This document shows positions 33,267 through 40,000 of a DNA stretch of 40,000 bases, piece by piece. Within the stretch, counting starts at the first letter, position 1. Every line of letters starts with the position of its first letter. The stretch spans positions 1 through 40,000 of the forward strand of contig JBEKSC010000008.1 in NCBI GenBank assembly GCA_049517415.1, read 5' to 3'. Under the pieces are notes generated by a model. It was not told where the DNA came from and did no database searches. It saw only the letters and a list, made by a program, of their open reading frames with translations. A program made the position numbers and the translations under genes. This DNA comes from Candidatus Bathyarchaeia archaeon. Lineage in GTDB: Archaea; Thermoproteota; Bathyarchaeia; 40CM-2-53-6.

Positions 33267-34421
33267 AACTCGCTTCATGGTATCGAAGATATAATTCAAC
33301 TCGGCTTCAGTGAGCCTCGGGTGGACGGGCACTGAAAAGACCTGCCTACAAGCTTTCTCAGTCTCAGGAAGAGGTCGGCGTGACGTAGTGCGCTCACGGT
33401 ATAGCGGGAGCAGGTGCAAAGGAGATTCATAATAGACCGCAGCCTCGATGTTCCTTGACCGAAGCTTTTCGATGATCTTATTGCGCTTCCCCGCATTCGC
33501 TCCATGCAATCTAAGCGTGTAAAGATACCATGCACTCTTCCTGCCCTCCGGCTCCTTAGGAGGCACTACCTTACCTAGAACTCCAAGCTTCTCTCCTAGA
33601 AATTCCGCGTTCTTTCTTCTTTTCTCCAAGAAAGAAGGCAGTTTCTTCAATTGGGCGGTCCCCACAGCGGCAAGTAATTCCGTCATCCTGTAATTGTTTC
33701 CGACCATCACCGGCCAGTACGGGCGTTGTTCCCCGTGAGATCTAATCATCCGTAATCTCTCAGAGTAATCATCATCGTTCGTGGTGACCATGCCGCCCTC
33801 GCCCGTGGTCATGTTCTTCCCCGCGTACATGCTGAAACAGGTCATGTCACCGATGGATCCAATTTTGGACCCCCTGTATTCGGCGCCGTGGGCTTGGGCC
33901 GCGTCCTCAATCAATGTCACTCCACGATCTCTGGCCAATTTCTTCAATGGGTCCAAGTCCGCCGGCAACCCGTATAGATGAACCGGCATGATGACTTTTG
34001 TATTCCGCGTCATAACGGCCTCGACTGTTTCGGCAGTTATTGTGTAGGTGTCGGGATCTATGTCGGCGAATATTGGTTCGCCCCCCGCCATTAGGACAAC
34101 CTCCGCGGTTGCATGAAACGTAAAGGATGGGATGATCACTTCGTCCCCTGGTTTAACGCCAGCGATGACGACGGCGGAGTGAAGGGCGGCGGTACCACTG
34201 CTCAAAGCCACGGCATGCTTGGCGCCGACATAATGCGCGAATTCTTTCTCGAATTCTAGGACCCGGGGGCCCATCCCACTCTTCTCAGTCAGAATGCCGC
34301 TCTTCAAAACCTCTGTCACCGCATCAATCTCTTCTTTTCCGATAATTGGTTGGTTTATTCGAATTAGGTCGCGCATAATGATCTTCTCGAGGTCGGGTTC
34401 GTTGTCTACTGGAGCGTTCAT
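33258..34421 (-). CDS. DegT/DnrJ/EryC1/StrS-family PLP-dependent aminotransferase
   Basis: EFAHYVGAKHAVALSSGTAALH, IEDAAQAHGA and CFSMYAGKNMTTGEGG (PLP lysine) match the family. Confidence 0.85.
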   Translation of the reverse strand: MNAPVDNEPDLEKIIMRDLIRINQPIIGKEEIDAVTEVLKSGILTEKSGMGPRVLEFEKEFAHYVGAKHAVALSSGTAALHSAVVIAGVKPGDEVIIPSFTFHATAEVVLMAGGEPIFADIDPDTYTITAETVEAVMTRNTKVIMPVHLYGLPADLDPLKKLARDRGVTLIEDAAQAHGAEYRGSKIGSIGDMTCFSMYAGKNMTTGEGGMVTTNDDDYSERLRMIRSHGEQRPYWPVMVGNNYRMTELLAAVGTAQLKKLPSFLEKRRKNAEFLGEKLGVLGKVVPPKEPEGRKSAWYLYTLRLHGANAGKRNKIIEKLRSRNIEAAVYYESPLHLLPLYRERTTSRRPLPETEKACRQVFSVPVHPRLTEAELNYIFDTMKRVLT

Positions 34422-34742
34422 CTAAAGGTATTGCTGAGTATGGAACGATTTCAGGGGCCGATATGGACATGGTTTTGATTTGCGCTGAACGTTAGGGACA
34501 TGAACCTCCAACTAAGAACTGCTGAGAGGTCAATCCAGAAATAATCCGACAGGCCACCGCTTGCAAGGCTATTGGATCTTCGGTAACCACGGCTGGATCT
34601 GATGCATAAGGAGAGCATCAAGCTTGGGCATCAACGTTCGAGGCTTGCGGCATCGAAATCAAAGGCCGAAATAAGTGGCTAACAATCATCCAAAACGCAA
34701 GTCAAAAGTAGCTCACGCAACCGACTATACATCTGACTCAAC

Positions 34743-34985
34743 ATGCCGATAGATGTGAATGAGGCAGACCGCTCGCGTGTCGAAGGAATGATTCGGGCGT
34801 ATCTACATTCCAAAGTCTCAATCGCACAAGTTAGAGGGGCAGTCAGTTCCTCATCCTTTAGACGAGGGGGACTTAGAGCTATCCTTGACGAAGTCGAGGT
34901 AAGTACCTCAGCGCTATCTGAGGATGAAAGAGGTAAGCTTATGGCCGTTTTGAAGGCCGAGCTTCAAAAGTCGGGTTTTCTCTAG
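34743..34985 (+). CDS. Hypothetical small protein (80 aa)
   Basis: This is an ATG-initiated ORF in an otherwise empty intergenic region upstream of the thermosome gene. No motif was recognised. Confidence 0.35.
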   Translation: MPIDVNEADRSRVEGMIRAYLHSKVSIAQVRGAVSSSSFRRGGLRAILDEVEVSTSALSEDERGKLMAVLKAELQKSGFL

Positions 34986-35120
34986 AGCTATCAAACGAAC
35001 GGTAACAGCCCCAAAGAGCGGCTCTTACCAAACGCAGAGGTACCAGAACCAGACAACAATAACCTTATATGAAATTGCTTTTTGTTGGAGAGCCGTTCAC
35101 GTTAGCGGAGGCTTTCAGGT

Positions 35121-36764
35121 TTGTCGGCGATTATCGGTGGGCAGCGGGCCCAAATACTCAAAGAAGGAACTTCTAGCACCCAGGGGCGCGAAGCCCTACA
35201 CGCCGATATTATGGCTGCCATGGTTATCGCAGAGGCGGTCCGGTCTTCTCTTGGACCTAAAGGCATGGATAAAATGCTCGTCGATGGTTTCGGTGACGTC
35301 ACCATCACCAATGACGGCGCAACGATTCTCGACGAGATGGATGTACAACACCCGACAGCAAAAATGATGGTGGAAGTCGCCAAAACACAAGATGACGAAG
35401 TAGGAGACGGAACCACCACTGCGGTCGTCTTAGCTGCCGAACTACTTTCGAAGGCACAGGTCTTAATGGACAAGGATGTCCATCCAACGGTAATTATTGA
35501 CGGCTACCAGATAGCGAGCGAGAAGGCGCTCGAGTTTATGCGCAAAATCGCAACCAAAGTCAATCCGACCGACAAGGTAATGCTAAAGAAAATCGCCAAA
35601 GTCGCCCTCGCCTCAAAGTTAGTGGCAGAGCACAAGGACTTTGTTGCGGACCTTGCCGTTAAGGCCGTTCTTCATGTAGCTGAGAAGACGGGAACTAATT
35701 ACAAGGCTGATCTTGACGACATCAAGGTGGAAAAGAAACCAGGGGGATCCTTGACCGATACGGCGCTCATTCAAGGTGTAGTGCTCGACAAAGAGGTCGT
35801 TCACCCTGGAATGCCACGCCGAGTTGAGAATGCGAGAATTGCACTCTTGAATTGTCCGTTCGAAGTAGAGAAAACTGAGTTCGACGCCAAACTAAACGTC
35901 AAGACTCCAGACCAAATGAAAGGTTTCCTTAACGAGGAAGAGAAGATTCTGCGGGAGATGGTGGACCGTGTCGTGTCCAGCGGGGCGAACGTGGTCATTT
36001 GCGAGAAGGGGATCGATGATATGGCGCAGCACTTCATGGCTAAGAAGAATGTGTTGGCCGTTAGGCGTGTGAAAGAATCTGACATGGAGAAGCTTGCTAA
36101 GGCCACAGGTGCGACTACCCTCACGCAACTCGAAGACTTGAAGGCCTCCGACTTAGGGCGGGCAAACCTAGTAGAAGAACGTAAGGTTTCAGACGATAAG
36201 ATGACGTTTGTCGAAGGATGCAAGAACCCGAAGGCTGTCAGTATTCTCGTTCGAGGGGGGACCGAGAGGGTTGTCGATGAAGCGGAGCGCGCGATTCACG
36301 ATGCGTTGTCCGTGGTTCGTGATGTTGTGCTGGAACCCCAGGTTGTCGCAGGTGGCGGATCTCCCGAAGCCGAGGTAGCACGAATGCTTAGGAGCTATGC
36401 TCAGAGATTGTCGGGGAAGGAGCAGCTAGCGATTCAGGCCTACGCTGATGGATTGGAGATTATTCCACTGACCCTAGCTGAAAACGCTGGAATGGACCCG
36501 ATAAATTCCCTAATGGAAATTAGGTCGAAACATCAATCCAAACAAAAATCGGTAGGGATCGACCCCTACAAGGGGGAAGTCTCAGACCTTGCAAAACTCG
36601 AAGTTTATGAGCCCCTTTCCGTTAAGGTGCAAGCTCTGAAATCCGCTGGCGAAGCCGCCGCCATGATTCTGAGGATTGACGACATCATAGCGGCCTCAAA
36701 GTCGAAGGAAGCGCCCAAGGGGCCAGAAAAAAGTGCCAAAGAAGAAGGAGACGGCGAGTCCTAG
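35121..36764 (+). CDS. ths: Thermosome subunit (group II chaperonin)
   Basis: [21 protein letters not shown] and [12 protein letters not shown] match over the full length. The TTG start is required to keep the conserved N-terminus. Confidence 0.9.
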   Translation: MSAIIGGQRAQILKEGTSSTQGREALHADIMAAMVIAEAVRSSLGPKGMDKMLVDGFGDVTITNDGATILDEMDVQHPTAKMMVEVAKTQDDEVGDGTTTAVVLAAELLSKAQVLMDKDVHPTVIIDGYQIASEKALEFMRKIATKVNPTDKVMLKKIAKVALASKLVAEHKDFVADLAVKAVLHVAEKTGTNYKADLDDIKVEKKPGGSLTDTALIQGVVLDKEVVHPGMPRRVENARIALLNCPFEVEKTEFDAKLNVKTPDQMKGFLNEEEKILREMVDRVVSSGANVVICEKGIDDMAQHFMAKKNVLAVRRVKESDMEKLAKATGATTLTQLEDLKASDLGRANLVEERKVSDDKMTFVEGCKNPKAVSILVRGGTERVVDEAERAIHDALSVVRDVVLEPQVVAGGGSPEAEVARMLRSYAQRLSGKEQLAIQAYADGLEIIPLTLAENAGMDPINSLMEIRSKHQSKQKSVGIDPYKGEVSDLAKLEVYEPLSVKVQALKSAGEAAAMILRIDDIIAASKSKEAPKGPEKSAKEEGDGES

Positions 36765-37032
36765 GAAAACGATCCAGCTCATCGGTCCGAAGAAACTAAC
36801 GCGTTTTGAACGCGCTCGGATCGTGGGTGCGAGAGCTCTACAAATATCCATGGGTGCGCCTGTACTCTTGGACGTGCCCGAATCGATTAAGTCGCCGATA
36901 GAACTTGCTGAACTTGAACTTCAGGAAGGAGCACTTCCTATTAGCATTCGACGAGCCCTACCAGATGGAACCAGTATGAATATTCCACTCAAGACACTTC
37001 TTGAAGGCGAGCGGGAAGAAGCGGAACTATAG
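36733..37032 (+). CDS. rpoK: DNA-directed RNA polymerase subunit K (Rpb6/omega homolog)
   Basis: LTRFERARIVGARALQISMGAPVLLD is the RpoK core. The only canonical start (ATG/GTG/TTG) upstream of the core is GTG 36733, which overlaps the thermosome 3' end by 32 nt. Confidence 0.8.
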   Translation: MPKKKETASPRKTIQLIGPKKLTRFERARIVGARALQISMGAPVLLDVPESIKSPIELAELELQEGALPISIRRALPDGTSMNIPLKTLLEGEREEAEL

Positions 37033-37246
37033 TTTGGCAGACTCGCCAAGCTCAACAGACGAAAGAAGACTTTGGCTCTTTGCCTTCCTAATCCTTTTGC
37101 TCGTCTCCATATGGATGCTAACAATGCACCTCTTGAACAGTGCATTCTTGGCTTTGGATTTCGAGGTTTCACTCATCTATCTCCCCACGTTACTTGCAGG
37201 ATTGATTGCTCTCTACCTTTCCCTAAAAACGAAAGCTAGTCAGTAG
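37001..37246 (+). CDS. Possible small two-TM membrane protein
   Basis: Hydrophobic segments are LWLFAFLILLLVSIWMLTM and LIYLPTLLAGLIALYLSL. The start is uncertain (TTG 37001 overlaps rpoK). Confidence 0.3.
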   Translation: MKASGKKRNYSLADSPSSTDERRLWLFAFLILLLVSIWMLTMHLLNSAFLALDFEVSLIYLPTLLAGLIALYLSLKTKASQ

Positions 37247-37528
37247 ATATGGGAATGATATTCATGTTGACAGTTAGTTTTCATAAATGCGCCCAAAGAA
37301 TCTCCACGACAATGCGGCTTCAGATAATGTGCTTGCAATCCGCGGCTTTACAGTAGAATTGGAGGGAACTACATTCGAAACCTTCTAAGGAACTTTGTAA
37401 GTCGCTTGCGATGCACCCGCCCCGTCTAGGTTGAAATGTAGCCTATTGGCCGGCGAGATGATGCCGTTTCGGGGCATAATGGTTCCATTCGACTCCTGCC
37501 TGAGTCCTTGCTTCCTCCCTGATTGGGC

Positions 37529-37897
37529 CTATGGTCCACGGCCATACCCATATCTTGCGTAGGGCAGTATTGGGCCTGAGTAGAATGGCAAAGTAAATCG
37601 TGGCGGGGAGTGGCGGGTAGAACACATCGGGCAGTAGGCGTTTCCAAAAATGTACTGTTTGCAGCTCATGCAGATCGGTACTCCACACATGGCACAATTG
37701 GTCTGGCTCGGAAGCCAAGGATGGTAAACGCAACCCCCAGCCCGTCCAATGGGCTGGAATAAATTCGTCGCTGTTTCAGTGCGTTCAGGGCTCTCATAGG
37801 CGGGGGGAACTACGACCGATTGGCCGCATTTCAAACAGTAGTTGGCTATGTCTCTGTTTTCAGCTCCGCACGTTGCGCACTTGATCAATCCGACCAC
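37529..37897 (-). CDS. Zinc-ribbon plus B-box-like zinc-finger protein
   Basis: The first ribbon reads KCATCGAENRDIANYCLKCG. The second Cys/His cluster reads CVYHP...CAMCGVPICMSCKQYIFGNAYCPMC. The start codon is GTG. Confidence 0.55.
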   Translation of the reverse strand: MVGLIKCATCGAENRDIANYCLKCGQSVVVPPAYESPERTETATNLFQPIGRAGGCVYHPWLPSQTNCAMCGVPICMSCKQYIFGNAYCPMCSTRHSPPRFTLPFYSGPILPYARYGYGRGP

Positions 37898-37997
37898 ACA
37901 GAATAAAACGTGTACGAGGGTGTTAATATTATCTCAGTTTCTCTGCAACTTGAAAATCTTATGAGCACCGAGGTCTCAACTTGCAGCCGGAATCGCC

Positions 37998-38105
37998 ATG
38001 TCGCTGACCAGCTGTCCGAGATTCGGTGGCCCACTTGAGTTTATCTCGGGCAACAGGACAAGGTCGAAGTGCGCGAATTGCGGTTTCTACGACGATTGTA
38101 GTTAG
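37998..38105 (+). CDS. Possible 35-aa zinc-ribbon peptide coupled to the O-methyltransferase gene
   Basis: My own translation gives MSLTSCPRFGGPLEFISGNRTRSKCANCGFYDDCS*. The TAG stop is directly followed by GTG 38106 of the next gene. Confidence 0.3.
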   Translation: MSLTSCPRFGGPLEFISGNRTRSKCANCGFYDDCS

Positions 38106-38750
38106 GTGAATGTGATGCGGTACGAGGATGTTCTCGATTATGTCCAACGGCTGGTCGGGGAAGGAGACAGGCTGCAAGAATGGGTCTATGCAAAGTCGCA
38201 GGAACTAAGAGATTTGGGAGTTTTTCCTATCGACCCCACAAGGGGGCGCTTCTTGGAATTGCTGGCTCGGATGACAAGCCCTAGTCGAGTCCTCGAGATT
38301 GGCTCGGGGGCCGGCTACAGTGCGCTCTGGTTCATGAAAGGCATGGGTGGGAAGGGGAAGTTGGACGCAATCGAAGTCAACCCAGAAGTTGTAGAAGTTC
38401 TGAGAAACGTCACGAAAAAAGCAGGTTTGCAAAGGCGGATCCGGATTCATCATGGACCAGCCTTAGCGATGCTTCGCAAAATGAATGGGCCTTACGACAT
38501 AGTCTTCATAGACGCCGACAAGGACGAATACCCTGCCTACTTGGACCACGCTCTCAGACTAACCAAGGCGAGAAGCGCTATCTTGGCGGATAATATGTTG
38601 TGGAGTGGCGCCACTGTCCTAGGTGATACGCGAAGGGAAGGCGTGCATGGAATAATGGATTACACAAAGCGCATCTTCGCTGACAAGAGATTGTTCAGCA
38701 TAATCATCCCACTAGGAGACGGACTGGCGGTAAGCTATCGAATCAAATAG
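38106..38750 (+). CDS. Class I SAM-dependent O-methyltransferase (COG4122, caffeoyl-CoA OMT-like)
   Basis: VLEIGSGAGYSALW is the SAM-binding motif. FIDADKDEYPAYL is also present. The start codon is GTG. Confidence 0.8.
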   Translation: MNVMRYEDVLDYVQRLVGEGDRLQEWVYAKSQELRDLGVFPIDPTRGRFLELLARMTSPSRVLEIGSGAGYSALWFMKGMGGKGKLDAIEVNPEVVEVLRNVTKKAGLQRRIRIHHGPALAMLRKMNGPYDIVFIDADKDEYPAYLDHALRLTKARSAILADNMLWSGATVLGDTRREGVHGIMDYTKRIFADKRLFSIIIPLGDGLAVSYRIK

Positions 38751-38811
38751 TCCGAAGTTCTCCGATAAACCCATAAAGCCGCCAGCGTTCGAAGCAGACG
38801 CGTTCACGTCG

Positions 38812-40000
38812 ATGCTAAGGATTACGAAGACGGGGGCACTGAAGGTGTCCCTGTTCGGAATCGTCACTGTAATCATAGTAGAAAGCTTAGCGGCAATGGC
38901 GACGGGAAGCCTAGCTCTTCTAAGCGATTCCGCCCATGCCTCCTTCGATGCAATATCCACTTTGATCTTGCTGGTTGCAACGAGGCTCTCATTGAAACCC
39001 GCGGATGAAGATCACACTTATGGCCACGGAAAAATTGAATCACTAGGCGCCCTCATTGGTGGTTTTGTCCTCTTAATCCTAGCAATAGGAATCGTCGCTG
39101 CAGCAGTATTTCGTTTGAGCGTTGGGGGTGCGATCCACCCCACTCTATTCGGGTATGCTGCTGCGGCATACACGATCGGCATAGACATCTTGAGGCTAGC
39201 AGTATTGACCTCGGCATTGAAGACGGGGAGCCTATCGGTCCGAGCCGATCTTTACCATGCGGTGGCGGACCTCTTTTACACTTCGCTCGTCTTTGTTGCA
39301 TTAGGATTAGTGTCCTTAGGTTACGCTGTAGGCGATACAGCAATATCACTCGTGCTCGCAATGTTGCTCGGGTATCTGAGCATTCGGCTGATTCATGCAT
39401 CAATGCTCGACCTCAGTGACGCCGTATCCGGCAAACTCGTTCAATCAATTCTTCGCGAAATTCGGAAGACCGAAGAGGTGCTCAAAATAAAGGAACTTCG
39501 CGCGCGCCGAGTTGGGCAGATAACCTATGTCGACGCTGTAGTAGCTGTTTCACCCTTTGCAGGAATTGCAGATGCCGACACGATCGCTTCAAAGATTGAA
39601 GACAATCTCACGAAACTTCTAGGTAAATCCTCAATACTGATTCACTTAGAGCCCCTAGAATGGGACATACCACTTGAGTTGAAGATTCGGCACGCGACAA
39701 GCCGGGTTGAAGGCGCCCGAGGGCTCCATAACTTAACGGTAACGAAGATAGGCAGCGGGTTGTACGTGACACTTCACGTTCAGGTCGATCCTTCATTGCC
39801 ACTTGAGAAAGCGCATGAAATAGCAAAGTCCATAGAAGATGGGATAGAGAAATCTGTGCCGGAAGTGCGACAGGTTACGGTTCACTTGGAACCATCGATG
39901 CCTGAGAGCGGCAAGGGAACTTTCGTCGACGACAGATATATATCGGAAACGATCAGGTCAGTGGTTCAAGCGTACACGGATGTAATTGAAATCAACGGAA
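38812..40000 (+). CDS. Cation diffusion facilitator (CDF) transporter with tandem cytoplasmic domains, 3' end outside the window
   Basis: My own translation from ATG 38812 stays open to the window end. LLSDSAHASFD (TM2) and DLYHAVAD (TM5) form the metal site, and DEDHTYGHGKIE is present. The membrane domain is followed by two complete ZT_dimer-like domains and the start of a third. Confidence 0.8.
   Translation, partial: MLRITKTGALKVSLFGIVTVIIVESLAAMATGSLALLSDSAHASFDAISTLILLVATRLSLKPADEDHTYGHGKIESLGALIGGFVLLILAIGIVAAAVFRLSVGGAIHPTLFGYAAAAYTIGIDILRLAVLTSALKTGSLSVRADLYHAVADLFYTSLVFVALGLVSLGYAVGDTAISLVLAMLLGYLSIRLIHASMLDLSDAVSGKLVQSILREIRKTEEVLKIKELRARRVGQITYVDAVVAVSPFAGIADADTIASKIEDNLTKLLGKSSILIHLEPLEWDIPLELKIRHATSRVEGARGLHNLTVTKIGSGLYVTLHVQVDPSLPLEKAHEIAKSIEDGIEKSVPEVRQVTVHLEPSMPESGKGTFVDDRYISETIRSVVQAYTDVIEING

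Noticed and set aside
1-40000. A CRISPR array associated with cas1.
   Set aside because: I found no series of 3 or more near-identical 24-40-nt repeats with unique spacers of similar size. The island repeats are only about 2 units per locus, they are divergent, and their would-be spacers are themselves conserved between loci.

Overview
This is an archaeal chromosomal segment, TACK-like in gene content (thaumarchaeal or bathyarchaeal type) and about 50% GC by eye. It is densely packed with housekeeping genes. Left to right: a DUF917 gene (partial), radB-like, carS, an OSTC/Ost3-like membrane protein, gcvT, and a COG3199 kinase-like gene. Next come aglB (STT3) and the conserved rpl44e-rps27e-eif2a-nop10 block. 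nop10 is only 55 aa and is absent from the ORF track. A replication cluster follows (GINS-priS, priL, PCNA, TFS), interrupted by a Rieske protein and a secreted S8 protease. Further right are agmatinase, a NOL1/NOP2/Sun RNA methyltransferase, cellular-type polB, cofE, pyrF, rps25e, a thermosome subunit, rpoK, an O-methyltransferase and a CDF transporter (partial).

The housekeeping run is broken at about 17.2-23.1 kb by an accessory island between tfs and speB. The island holds an HhH-GPD DNA glycosylase, a surface-protein gene split by one in-frame TAG, and a stand-alone, apparently intact Cas1 with a C-terminal HTH (casposase-like). No Cas2, Cas4, CRISPR array or adjacent PolB accompanies this Cas1. 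Four same-orientation copies of a composite ~100-nt repeat divide the island into cassette-like modules. The cas1 module (20061-22894) is bracketed by a 27-nt inverted repeat (24/27 identical). I consider this a candidate PolB-less casposon-like or Cas1-dependent element and the most interesting signal in the window.

I found no tRNA, rRNA or CRISPR array. All functional calls rest on my own reading of the translated motifs. No database search was run.
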